A model generated the notes under the pieces. It saw only the letters and a list, made by a program, of their open reading frames with translations, made no database searches and was not told the origin of the DNA. A stretch of 64,000 bases of DNA, taken from Octopus sinensis. Lineage: Eukaryota. Both the position numbers and the translations under genes were made by a program. The stretch lies in contig NC_043008.1 in the NCBI RefSeq assembly GCF_006345805.1, positions 35,278,001 to 35,342,000 of the forward strand. Reading direction: 5' to 3'. Every line of letters starts with the position of its first letter. Positions within the stretch are counted from its first letter, which is position 1. This document shows positions 11,324 through 24,704 of the stretch, piece by piece.

Positions 11324-12792
11324 CAAAAGGGAAACAAGTCCTTGCAGTGAATTACCGTCCGATCTCACACTCACCTCTCATATCATCAAGGTATTTGAGA
11401 GGGTGGTGGAGATCTCGAATAACCCAATTTCTGAAAGCAACAGACGGCTGATCTCCAACCAACATGGTTCCGTAATGGAAGGGACTGCCTAACGCAGCTC
11501 CTGCATCACTTTGAGGACATTTTGAGAGCTTTGGGAGAGGGCTCCAACACCGATGTCATCTACCTTGATTTCAGTAAGGCCTTCGACAGGGTCGATCACA
11601 AGATCCTATTGAAAAAACTATCCAACATTGGTGTCTCTGGAAAGTTATTGAAATGGATCAAGTGTTTCCTGACAGATAGATCTCAACATGTTGTAGTTGA
11701 AGGGGTAAAATCAAGCGCAGCCAAAGTCAGTAGTGGCGTTCCGCAAGGCACTGTGCTGGGCCCACTTCTTTTCATCATTTACATTAATGACATTAATGAC
11801 ATCATCAAGCACAGCAACATAAAAATCTTTGCAGATGACTCCAAGCTACAGAAGGTCATAAATGAGGCGAGTGACCGGACATGCCTTCATCAGATCTACT
11901 GGCTGTTATCCAATGGGCAGAAAAAAACAATATGCTGCTGAACGAGGATAAATTTGAGCTAATCCACTTTGGAAAAGAGGATGCCCTGAAACTCCCATAC
12001 TCCCTTCCTTCAGGTGAAACTCTCGCGGCGTCCAACAACATCAGAGACTTGGGAGTAATTGTGGACAACAACATAAGCTGGGCCACTCATATAAACACCA
12101 AAGTTGACATGGCCCGCAGAATGTGTTCCTGGATTCTCAGAACTTTCCAGTCGAGAGATATCCACACCATTATCCTTCTCTTCTCCACTTTTGCCCGACC
12201 CCACCTTGAATACTGTTGTCCACTGTAGTCTCCCCACACATACAAGGTATCATAAAAGTTGAAGCACCTCAAAGGGCAATCACAAAAAGATAGATGGCAT
12301 GACAGGCCTCGACTATTGGGGTCGACTAGAAAAGCTAAAACTCTATTCTCTCCAACGTCGTCGTGAGCGCTACATCATCTGCATGATGTGGAAATATTCC
12401 ATCAGCATTGCCCAATGATGTTGGCATCACCTTTAAGGTACATCCAAGGCTTGGGCCCCGTGCCATCCGCCCAAAACAAAAATCGCACTCTCATCTCATA
12501 ACAACAATACGGCACAATTATTTCACCTCAATTGGCCCGCTCTCTTTAACATTACACCAAAACACATTAAAACAGAAACTGACCCTATAGGGTTCAAGAA
12601 GTCTTTGGACAGATTCCTTCAAGAAATCCCGGATAAACCCCCTACACCCGATATGTCTCTGTAAACAATAACGCACTACTTGAGTGGGCCATAGTGCCCA
12701 AATTCTGACTTGAAAGACTTCACCAGGTGGTGCTATTAAGTTAGACATGGCTGGGCCAATAATGGCCGAACCCTATCAAAGTATCAAAGTAT
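11324..12792 (+). mobile_element. 5'-truncated CR1-clade LINE with frameshifted reverse transcriptase and intact 3' end
   Basis: NYRPISLT, QHG, DVIYLDFSKAFDRVDH, SGVPQGTVLGPLLFIIYIND, IFADD, RDLGVIVD, RPHLEYC, LYSLQRRRER across frameshifts (for example near 11885) and a stop at 12226. The 3' end has a stem-loop and a (TATCAAAG)2 tail. Confidence 0.92.
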
Positions 12793-12806
12793 ACATATAT
12801 ATATAT

Positions 12807-12837
<31 letters not shown>

Positions 12838-12839
12838 AC

Positions 12840-12907
<68 letters not shown>

Positions 12908-13226
12908 GATAGATAGATAGATAGATGATAGATAGATAGATAGATGGTAGATAGATAGATAGATAGATAGATAGATTATAGATCATAGATAGATATATAT
13001 ACGTGTTATAAGTATGCACATGCACAATTTTATGTAAATGTATGTATTAATTTACAAGTACATATATCTATACTATGCATAATAGACATATACATACGTA
13101 CACACACACATTCACACACATATACACATACAAGTAAACATATGTGGATATGTTTATATTTATATACAAACATATGTAAACATATACACGCTCTTACAAA
13201 TATACCTACATACGTATGCATATACA

Positions 13227-13265
<39 letters not shown>

Positions 13266-13734
13266 TATATCTATATATATATATATATATATAATATATC
13301 TATTTATATATAAATAAGTATATGTATATATATATATCGATGATGTATGTATGCATGCACAAATGTATGTATTTATATAATTATTCGTAGCTCAAATTAC
13401 TATAAATAATATTCAGTGTTAGAAATATTTTTCCCAAAACAAATATACAAAATGGGTTAGAATCGATATGAAATCTTTCCTTCTGACCTTTCATCGCTTC
13501 TTCTCGCAAAACCAGTCGGTCTGTGAACTTTGTCACATGGCCAGGACGGAAATACTTGCAAGAATTCTCTCCAGAAATTTCAAGTAAAATTATTCATTAG
13601 ATGGTTAATTTTGGAAAAGGTTGAACTGCAGGAAAGTTCATAAAAATATTCTAGTTGTGTATGTTTCTATGTATGTGTAGCGTGTATCATATATATATAT
13701 AATATATATTATATATAGATAATATAATATTATA

Positions 13735-13900
13735 TAAAGTTAATCCAACAAGAAAACAAAAAAAAACAAAAAAAATACAACAACGCGAGGACGTGGAACA
13801 ATTAAAGTATTATTGGACGCTCAGAAAGAAGGGAAGGAAGGGTCTAACGTTTCGAGCGGAGCTCTTCGTCGGAACATAGGAGAGGAAAGATCCCGAGAAG
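13735..13900 (-). mobile_element. Penelope-like pLTR fragment with mutated hammerhead core (13842-13875)
   Basis: Reverse complement of about 46672-46840. Reads GTT-CCGACGA-A-GAGC-TCC-GCTC-GAAAC-GTT-AGAC (U4 changed to C). Confidence 0.7.
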
Positions 13901-14154
13901 GATACAATATATATATATCTGTATTAAGTAACAACACACCATGCACACCAGACACACACATACATATCAAATATTTCGATTCGGATTCCGTGCTTCTTCA
14001 AGTTACGAAGCCTTACCTGACCCATCTCCCCAGCACGTCTACTCGCTCCTGTCTTTCAAATCTGTATGTAGATGTGATATTTTGTGGAATATCTATTAGA
14101 GTTGAAAGGAGAGGAAAATAATTTCTGCAGAGTAATTATATATCAAAGCAGATG

Positions 14155-14221
<67 letters not shown>

Positions 14222-14349
14222 TATATATACATATATTTGTGTTTGCGTGTGTGTATGTATATATGTATGTACGTATATATATATATATATATAATATAAT
14301 ATATTATATATAATATATATATATATATACATCGGCATGTGCGTGTATA

Positions 14350-14383
<34 letters not shown>

Positions 14384-14391
14384 ATAATATA

Positions 14392-14440
<49 letters not shown>

Positions 14441-14566
14441 GTTTGCATGAGTGTGTGTGACATTTCTGAGTGCGTGAATATTACTCCATACCTTATAGAT
14501 TTGTTACAAGGGGTTTTTTCAGTGTTCAGTATTGTTACGTTCTATATTATAGAGATGAGGAACTAT

Positions 14567-15136
14567 ATACATTATTTACATTTGACGGATATTTGTCCTC
14601 ATCTTGTTTCGGCTGATATATCCTCCAGCCTTCATCAGGTGTCTTAGGGAAATTTCGAGCCTGGGTTCTCATTCTTAAGGTATTTTTCGATGTTATTATT
14701 ATTATTGTTCAGGTCATTGGAAAAATGGAGACCACCTCTCTCTGTGGGATGAAGTTAAAATAATAGACAGAGAACACTACTGGAAAATACGAAAACAGAT
14801 CTAAGCAGACCGAATGCAGATATGAGCAGTATATGGGAACCTGTATTAAGGAAAGATTTATAAGCCCTAAAATTCACTGCATAATTTATGATCGAACGGC
14901 ATATGGCGTAGTGGTTAAGAGCGCGAGCTACTAACCCCAAGATTCCAAGCAGTGACCTGAAGAATAACAACAACAACAACAACAACAATAATAATAATAA
15001 TAATACCAACTACAACAACAATAACAACATCGAAAAACCAAGATACCTGATGAAGGCTGGAGGGTGTATCAGCCGAAACGTTGTGTTAACAACAAACAAG
15101 ACGAGGACAAATACCCGTCAAATGTAAATAATGTAT
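14567..15136 (+). mobile_element. Truncated Penelope-like element: inverted 5' pLTR, GIY-YIG endonuclease C-terminus, 3' pLTR
   Basis: 14717-14865 encodes WKNGDHLSLWDEVKIIDREHYWKIRK / LSRPNADMSSIWEPVLRKDL*, which resembles the end of a PLE endonuclease. 14567-14716 is an inverted copy of about 14953-15136. Both termini end in CCGTCAAATGTAAATAATGTAT. Confidence 0.8.
15042..15087 (+). ncRNA. Minimal type I hammerhead ribozyme with intact core
   Basis: Stem I GAUAC/GUGUU, CUGAUGA (15047-53), stem II GGCUG/CAGCC, GAAA (15075-78), palindromic A-C-G-U stem III, GUU cleavage triplet. Confidence 0.7.
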
Positions 15137-15284
15137 TATGTTACGTGTTCGATGAGTATGAATGAATCAGAGAGGCAATCTTTAAAATATTGAGTTTTAT
15201 TACTTCGTAATATTTGCACATTAGTTCGGATACAAGTTCTGTAGACTTTCGCTGAGTGACGATTTTTCTCTGGATTAACATTGC

Positions 15285-16980
15285 GAACCGCCTAAGCAAG
15301 CATCCCTGGAGAGAGCGGTATTGGAGATTGAGTAAAATCTGCATCAATCTCACGAAAAGGAGAGAGCAGAAAAGGAAGCTTGGGTTATGGAAAATATCAA
15401 GTCGAACCCTAAGCTTTCTGTAAGTTTACCACAGAAACATCCCTTGCAAAACCACTGCATCTTCTCTTTCAGGGCTTCCCTGCAAGTGGTAAGCTCCCAG
15501 ACAAAATAAAGGATAATATGCCCTATCCATAAGGGAGGAAGCAGAACAGATGCTAAAAATTATAGGCCTATCTCCCTGACCTCACACATCGGGAAAGGCA
15601 TGGAAAGAATAGTCCGCAAGCAACTAATTTCGTTCCTTGAAGAAAATGACTTGCTGATTGACACCCAGCATGGATTTCAACAAGGTAGAACTGCCTAACA
15701 CAGTTCTTGCAACACTACGACTTCATGTTAAATAACTGCTAAATGACTCAAGTGTGGATGTGATATATCTCGACTTTGCAAAAGCCTTTGACAAAGTTGA
15801 CCATGGTATTATATATCACAAACTGCATGATCTCGGCATAATCGAAAAATTTGAGGAGTGGCCGCACGACTTTCTCAAAGATAGACGACAGGTAATGGTG
15901 GCCAAAGGAGCCACCTCAAAGGAAACACAAATAGCAAGTGGTGTTCCACAGGGCACTGTCTTAAGGCCACTGCTATTCATAGTGGCCCTCTCAAACATGC
16001 CCTCAGCTGCTCAGATAGCTACCCTTGCTAGCTATCTCTCAGATAATACAAAATCCTGGAAATATTGCACATCTGCAACGGGAGTTGGACGCAATATACA
16101 GATGGGCTGAGGACAACAACATGCAGTTTAATGCAGGAAATTTCCAAGCCCTTCGCTACCACTACACACAGCTGAACGACATGCAGATGGGATACACTGG
16201 CCCGGGAGGAATTGCAATCCCTGAAGCAAAATCAATGCGTGACCTGGGCTTTGACATGAGTAATGACGCATCTTTCCAATTGCATATTATCAATTTGGTA
16301 ATAAAATGCAGAAGGTTGGCTGGATGGATCCTCCGAAATTTCAAAACAAGGAGACAATAATGGTCCTTTGGAGGCCTCAGCCGCTTGGACAACTGCCCAA
16401 AACTATGGTCACCACACAATATGAAATTAATGGCGGAACTCGAAGCAATCTAACGAAGCAACACAAAGAAAATCGTTTCAATGCAATGTATCAGCTACTG
16501 TAAGACTGAAAGAATTAAAACTCTTCTCCCTAGAACGAAGGCGCGAAAGGTATGCAGTGATCTACATTTGGAAAATTCGTGGAAGGCCTACTAAAATTTG
16601 TCATTGAAAGTTGCACAAACAGTAGAACGGGGCGCCACTGCATAGTGTCAAAGATCACAGCATCTCCATCAAAATTCAAGACAAGCTACAGCAATAGGTT
16701 GGGTTTCAAGGGTCCACAGCTATTCGGTATCCTGCCAAAATGTCTGAGAGACCTGCATGGTGTGGATGTAGGTGTCTTCAAATCAAAAATGGATCTCTTC
16801 CTGTCAAGGGTTTCGATGAGCCTACCCCACGGTAGGAAACACAGACGAAGGTAGCGACATGAAACTCCCTCATTCACCAAATGTCTCATATCAGAAGAGA
16901 TTTCAAATAATGGTGTAGCACAGGCAACGGTGACGCCCCATCATGACCACAGCTATGAAGCTGAAACAATTTAAAGATTT
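15285..16980 (+). mobile_element. Second CR1-clade LINE, more decayed and internally deleted
   Basis: ENIKSNPK, IHKGGSR..AKNYRPISLTSH, QHGF, DVIYLDFAKAFDKVDHG, SGVPQGTVLRPLLF, RDLG, LKLFSLERRRER. The 3' end has stem-loop CAGCT-ATGA-AGCTG-AAAC (16950-67). Confidence 0.9.
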
Positions 16981-17115
16981 AGTTAAATATTTATATATAT
17001 ATTTCATATATATATGTCTACTTGTGTAAATATGTATCTACCTACCTACCTAACTATCTATTTTCTGCCAATCTATCACTGTTTCGATATATGTATGGGT
17101 GTGTGTGTATATCTA

Positions 17116-17209
<94 letters not shown>

Positions 17210-17251
17210 ACTATCTTTTGTCTATTTTCATAAGCTTACCGTTATATATAT

Positions 17252-17346
<95 letters not shown>

Positions 17347-17374
17347 AATAAATATATATATATGTATATGTATG

Positions 17375-17407
<33 letters not shown>

Positions 17408-18188
17408 TTGTGTGTGCCCATGTGTAATCTGCATACATGACAACGCTGAATGACAAGCAATTAAAAGTTCTCTTGTTAGCTGTTGAACGTTGCTACAAGT
17501 AAATTTAACTCTCTTTCTTCTCTCATTCGAGCATCCCAAAGTGATACCCCACTCCCACCTCCTCACAAAGGAGAGGCAAAAGAAAAAAAATGAAAGAGGA
17601 AAAAACGAAAGAGGAAAAAATGAAAGAAAGAAATAAAATCCAATCTGTGGCACCTTAAGAATTTAGGAAATTCTAGATTCTGAAACCGATTGAATTAAAT
17701 ATTTTTTTTCTATTTCACAATCTTTTTTTTTTTTTTTGCGGTTGACATTTTTATGAATAGAAGTACAATAGTCATTAAGGTGATTGCTAAGAACGCTTTA
17801 AGGAAGAAGAAAAATTGTTGATGTTAGCAGAAGATGGCGGATATTCCAGTAGTGATGGAACTGTTTATCATGCAAATTAGATCAGAGAAACAAAGACTGA
17901 AATAGCTAGAAGATGCATACAATGGCAGTAAATCGAAAATAAGTTTGGCCAGCATCCAGATTTTTTCTCTCTGCGAACCATTAGGCGATGCTAGCTCTGT
18001 GAGTGTGCATATATTATGTGTATACATGCAATGTATACATGTATGTACATATGTGCGTGAATGGGTGTGTTATGTATGCGAGTATGTATGTATGAACATT
18101 ACAAATACTTACATGTATGTATGTATATATTGCATATATACATATATATATTACATACATATATTATATATGTATGTGTGTATATTAT

Positions 18189-18225
<37 letters not shown>

Positions 18226-18290
18226 TGCATGTGTTAATATATATATAATATTTATATATATATATATAAATATAAATGTATGTATGTATG

Positions 18291-18342
<52 letters not shown>

Positions 18343-18438
18343 CATGTATATTGACAGACATTGTGACTGAAATTTATATCGATCTTGAAGACAGACAATA
18401 ATTCACGCGCATACACGCATAGATGTCCGTGTCTGTGA

Positions 18439-18480
<42 letters not shown>

Positions 18481-19124
18481 ATATATATTTTATATGTTTG
18501 TATTATGTATTTATGTGTAGTCATCCACTCACACATACTGAAGCATAATCGTAAACGTATGCGTGTATAGAATTTTACGTACGCACGTACCTGCGTTATA
18601 CAGACTTTAAAATGTGAAACCGTTATTACATGCTTCTTTGTTATGTATATGGAGATTGTGAGTAAAATATGTGCATATGTTTAAGTATATGCATTACCGA
18701 GCATGTATATGGTTCCATAGATAGACAAATGTTGCTGTTAGTATTATCGCCTCCACAAATCTCGAGACGTTAGTTGCAGTTAAATATTGTAAAGTAAGAA
18801 AAACGAAAAAATACCCTGAAGGTATGAAAAGCTCCACGTTACGTAATGCGTTTTTATTACTTATTCGGAATGTGTGTGTGTGTGTGAGTGTGTGTGTGTG
18901 CGTGTGTGTGCGTGTGTGTGCGTATGTAAATGTATGTAAGTATATATACGTGGGCGTATTTATATGTAAGCATATATGCATATGTACATATGTGAATATA
19001 TATATACATATACACACACACACACACACACGCACACACATACACACACAACCCCTCCCCTCTTCTCCTCACTACACCACATGACTTTACACATCACATC
19101 ACATATGATGTGCCATACTAATAC

Positions 19125-19359
19125 ACCACACCAACTAATACATACTAATACGTACTAATACATACTAGTACATACTAATACTTACAACCAACCCTATACA
19201 TACACACGTCCAGACCCCGCATACGCACTTATACTCTCTCATACACACACACACATACCTATACATACCAATACGTACTAATACATACTAATACATACTA
19301 ACATACACCAACCCCATACATACGCATGTCCAGACCAATCTTACGCACTAATACTCTCT

Positions 19360-19396
<37 letters not shown>

Positions 19397-19450
19397 ATAC
19401 ATACTAATACATACACCAACCCTATACATACACACATCCAGACCCCTCCC
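19125..19450 (+). repeat. Hierarchical minisatellite: 10-bp CATACTAATA monomers inside about 110-125-bp higher-order units
   Basis: CC(C/T)ATACATAC.CA.(G/A)TCCAGACC recurs near 19192, 19312 and 19420, separated by CATACTAATA and CA runs. Confidence 0.7.
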
Positions 19451-19629
19451 ACGCCCTTTTAGCTGGTCCCTCAACCCTTTTATCAACCCTATTATCTCCC
19501 CTTATTTCGCTCTCGCGTCTCATGTTTGATCTTTGACCTCTGGCCGAAATCAGATCGCCATGTTGATTCGTTACCTACTGCACGCATTTTTTTTCTCTCC
19601 TTCTTTCTGTGTTTTTCTCTCTCTGTGTA

Positions 19630-19667
19630 TCTTTCTGTTGAAGAGCGTAGGCTCGAAACGTTAAAGA
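19630..19667 (+). ncRNA. Minimal hammerhead-like motif with U at core position 6
   Basis: UCUUU-CUGUUGA-A-GAGC-GUAG-GCUC-GAAAC-GUU-AAAGA, with perfect stems I and II. Confidence 0.55.
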
Positions 19668-19822
19668 CTTGTTTTATTTATATTTCCTGAGCGCCATACT
19701 AATACAATTGTTCGTTTGTTTTCCACCTGCCTTCGTCTTTTGTTTATTTTCATAAAGCTTCCCGTTATATATATGTATATATATATATATACATAGATAT
19801 ATATAAACACACACAAACGCAC

Positions 19823-19854
<32 letters not shown>

Positions 19855-19995
19855 GTATATATATATATGTTCATATAAGATTTATAAGACTAGAAAATTG
19901 CACAATAGAACGACAAAGTAACAAACGATACATACATACATACATATTATATATGTATGTGTATATGTTTATTTGTATGTACGTGTATATCTATC

Positions 19996-20056
<61 letters not shown>

Positions 20057-21097
20057 CTATCTATCTATCTGTCTGTTTGTCTGTCTGTCTGTCTCTCTCT
20101 CTCTGTATATATATATATGTGTGTGTGTATGTGTGTGTATGTATGTATGTGTGTGTGTGTATGTATGCACGTATGTAGAGGAGTAGATGTATGTAAAAAG
20201 TAAAATCTCATTCATCTGGTATCCACACAAGGTCCAGCAGACCAGACCCAATCGTCGGATTTCCTTCCCGCTCCACCGAATCTAATTTCTATGCACCGTC
20301 ACTGACTGCTGACGTCATTTCATCATTGTTGACATTCAACTTGAGAAAGACAATGGCCAGCGCCCAGATATTGCGTATCTGTCTATTTCTTTTTATATAG
20401 TGTCCATCCATCCATTAGTGAAAATGCCTTGCAATACAAATAACTATGCTGGAAAAGGTATGACCGAAAGTAATATATATATATATGTATACAAGTGAAG
20501 GAGAACTGCGCAGCGTCAGCCTCACCGTCTCGCCCGTCACCATCTTCAATAAAGTAGCAAGACCAGGTCGCGACGACTGGAGATAAATGCTGTAGACGAG
20601 CAAGATGCCATCGTTTTGCATAATCTTGCTCTCTGTATCCCACTTAGCGCTACTGTAGCTGCCTTCCCCTCCGTTTAACTTTAATGGTTTCTACTACAAA
20701 CTTCCCTGGACTCAATCGAAACATGCAAAGGTAGACAAGCCCTAATATGCTAATTAACCCTGGGATCCTAATAGGTGCTACCACCCCAGGTCCGAGTAGG
20801 GCTGAGAACAGAAGGGAGTAACGGTTGGTTCTACACAAATCCAAACACTATCGAGACATGATGTTATACGAGACATCTTTATCTTCTATGTCTCTCTGCT
20901 CGGTGGACGTTAGGGTCAGATTTAAGGGACTTTCTGTGTGACTGTTGATGTTTAAATCCGTGTTGGATTTGGATGGGCAGATCTATACGGAAAGGGATTC
21001 TGGCCATAGAAATCCCGTTTTTCTGATGCATCATGGGTCAAGGACTACATTGTCTAATATGTTCAGTTTTTAAGAGTACGTACGGGCGTATGTATGC

Positions 21098-21219
<122 letters not shown>

Positions 21220-21345
21220 TTTTCTCTTTCTTTCTTTCTCTCTCTCTATATATATCTGCATGTCTGTCTGTCTATATAACTCTCTATCTATCTATCTATC
21301 TATTTATCCTCGTCTTCCTCTCTCTCTCTATGTATATATATATAT

Positions 21346-21557
21346 AAATAGGAAAAAAGCAACAAGAATGGGTTAAAATCTCGGTACGATCGTTTCGTAC
21401 GAGGACATCTTTAATAAGCTACAAAAAATGCAAAAAATGCATTTTTTGTAGCATTTTTTGCATTTTTTGTAGCATTTTTTGTAGCTTATTAAAGATGTCC
21501 TCGTACGAAACGATCGTACCGAGATTTTAACACATTCTTGTTGCTTTTTTCCTATTT
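21346..21557. repeat. 212-bp near-perfect DNA palindrome
   Basis: 86-bp arms (21346-21431 and 21472-21557) with one mismatch. The centre is built from GCATTTTTT(GTA) units and includes the perfect palindrome CAAAAAATGCATTTTTTG. Confidence 0.95.
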
Positions 21558-21671
21558 GTAATCACCCCACTTGTCGTATGGTTAACACCATATATATTTC
21601 CGGTGCATCCTAGTTAAGGACCATATTCATGTGAATTCTTTAGAATTCACTAGAATCTGAATTACTTAACC

Positions 21672-21718
<47 letters not shown>

Positions 21719-22483
21719 TATTTATATATCATGTATATGCTCATATACACATAAATAGATAGGTAAATATACATAAATACACAAACATACGCATGTGTGT
21801 GTGCGCGCGTGCGTGTGTACGTAGCTTTGGTTACACAAAGCGTAGAAATAATACTCGGGACTAGAGTATGCAAATATTTATTTCTATTATTTTCATAATT
21901 TATTTTGAAAAATTATTAGTGGCGGACGCATTATTAATACCAGAAGGCAGTTTTTGTATCCGTTTTAATGTGAATGTCTTGTCAGAACGCCGAATACTGC
22001 GCATGCTGCATAAAAGTACAGATATAAATCGTAGCAAATGAGAATCGTCTGTTTTGGGCGCCGGAACTACGCGGCCCTGAGCAGCCGATTTGTTTCTTCT
22101 CTGAATTCAATAAAACAGTACTTCGCTTATGAAAGAGAATCTGAACAGTTTTCTTCATAGGAAAATTAACAATGATATTTTCCACGTATATGGGCATTTA
22201 ATAACTACTTTCATATAAGGTAGTTTGTGAAGACAATTAGCAGAAACCAATATGTATTGTATCCGCTATTTCTTATCCCATATTTACATCCACAACAAAT
22301 AATGTTTTTGTATTAAAGTTGGGCTTGAAATTTTTTAAATTTTAATTTTATGTTTCGTTTCAATGAGATTATCGTCAACATCTAAATGTAAACATACAAA
22401 CTTTATACAGGTTGACAAAGACTACGGAGACACAATGCCAAAAGCCTTATGATCATAAACGTAGACTATTTAAATGGTATATA

Positions 22484-22551
<68 letters not shown>

Positions 22552-22567
22552 ATATGTATATATATAT

Positions 22568-23419
22568 AGGTATGTACATATAAGTATGTATATATGCATA
22601 TATTTATATATTATCTATATTATTATATGATCGAACGCCACGCATCCTTTTCCAAGTAAGTTTTATCTTAATAATTAGGATGCGCACTCTTCTTTACTAT
22701 TCTTCTTTGTCTATCTCTCTCCCTCTCTACTTCTTCATCCTTTCTGGTTTTCACTCCCACCCTTACCTATTCTTCTCCTCTTCACCGCTCTTACTCCTCC
22801 TCCTCATCGACTCTCTCGTCGATCACACGTGATCAGAGGGAAGCCATCTTTCCGACTACTATTTTCACAAAGATCAGACCAGCTTATTCTGTCTCTTCAT
22901 AAGCTGTTTTCCTTAAGCGTTCAAAATAATTTTCCATCGTCTTGGCTTAACAACCTTCATCGTTTGTTTTTACTGTTTTGTTCTCATTGTTCTGTCTTTT
23001 ACTGTTTTTACTTTTTATTGTTTTTACTGTTTTGTTCTTACTGTCCTGTTCTTGTTACCACTTTCACCCTGACCCCCAAATCCCAATTTTTTAGAAATTT
23101 GCTTTGCGGGGAGGACTGTTTCAACGAAGTCGCGTCTTGTCCTTACCTTCGTTACGCGGAGTAGATGAAACAGGGACAACTGAAGAAGGGGAATAATATT
23201 CCTTGTGTTGTATGTCTTGTTTCTCTGTTTTTTTTCATTGTTTGAAAAAAGTTCGTTTCTATGTTTTTGTTTTTATGTTTTCGTTTCTCATTGTGTTCAA
23301 CGTTTTTTTTTATGTCCTGTACCCATATATGCATGTATATATACATATATATGGAGGTATGTACATATAATATGTATATATGCATATATTTATATATATA
23401 TATTATTTATCTATATTTA

Positions 23420-23420
<1 letters not shown>
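22568..23420 (+). mobile_element. Repeat unit of about 0.8 kb with short terminal direct repeats, possibly a PLE pLTR monomer
   Basis: GGTATGTACATATA..TATGTATATATGCATATATTTATATAT occurs at both ends. ATGATCGAACG is shared with the PLE 3' region near 14888. A half-hammerhead lies at 23180. Confidence 0.45.
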
Positions 23421-23457
<37 letters not shown>

Positions 23458-24704
23458 GATGATACAGTATATATGTTTGTATGTATATATGGGCGTATAT
23501 ATGGATGTTTGTAGCTATGTGCGTGTGTAATTTTTATATTAATCAAAACTCTATCTACGTATATTCTTTGCAGTAAATGTGGCAGACTATTCAACCCTTG
23601 CTTGCATACGTTCGTCGTCCATTCTATAATGATACGATACAGAGGCATTCGCTCTACGAACCTATTACAAGTAAGTATTAAGCACTGGGATCTCTGCTAC
23701 AAAATAGAGTATATTGATATGTATTTCTAAATCGTATAATGAATATAAATTACGCTTTCGACTCCCGCCGAGCACTTTAATGTTCTTGAGGTGAATGCAA
23801 TCAATTTTACTTCTATCGTTTGTATTCCCTGTTCGGCGCTGAATTTCAATATGCTACTTCACTATATTCTAACTTAGATACTTTCAACCGAACAAGATAG
23901 ATTTACCAGCCCACTAAATACTTTCCGCCTCGCTGATGAATGCACATTTGCATGAAACCTGAGATCTCACGGTCCGAGAAGAAATGTTTTATGTTTGTAT
24001 CAGCATTTTATTTATCTATGTTACTACATGCACATTGAACTTATAACTTGCATATGCACATGATAACTGTGAGTACATACCTACGTATACGAGTGCGAAT
24101 GCTTGCCTATGTGAATACATACAGGGTGTATCGCAAGGAAAGGAAACATTTTAAGCGCAAATAACGATTTGTTAAGGACAAACACATATATTAAATTAGA
24201 ACTGAAACGTGTTCCATTATTATAATATGCACTTTGCTTGCATGTGTGTATATACACATACACATATATACACGTGAATACGTTCATACACACACACACA
24301 CATATACACACACATATATATATATGTATGTATGTATACATATATGCATAAACACACATATACATAAATTTTGTTCCACATGCATACGTACTTGTTTCGT
24401 CACACACATACACGCATGCGTATACTCGTACACTTCCATACATATACATACACACACTTACATAATCTTTATGGTCACGCACATGCTTGCCCACACGCAC
24501 ATACACATACGCCGGCCATATACACATATACACACACGCACACTTTATCCTTACAAATACACACACGCTTGCGCATACACACACTTTAGTCAGGTTACTG
24601 TTGTCTCCCTTGCCACCAACCATTTCCTTCCTTCCGGTCAATTCAACATCTGAAACCGTTAATCCAGTTAAGCTTTTTTCCTCACTCAGTTTCCTTTCGT
24701 CATT

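Noticed and set aside
23174-23215. CUGAAGA plus a 7-bp hairpin as a hammerhead
   Set aside because: No GAAA follows stem II, so it is at best a deleted remnant.
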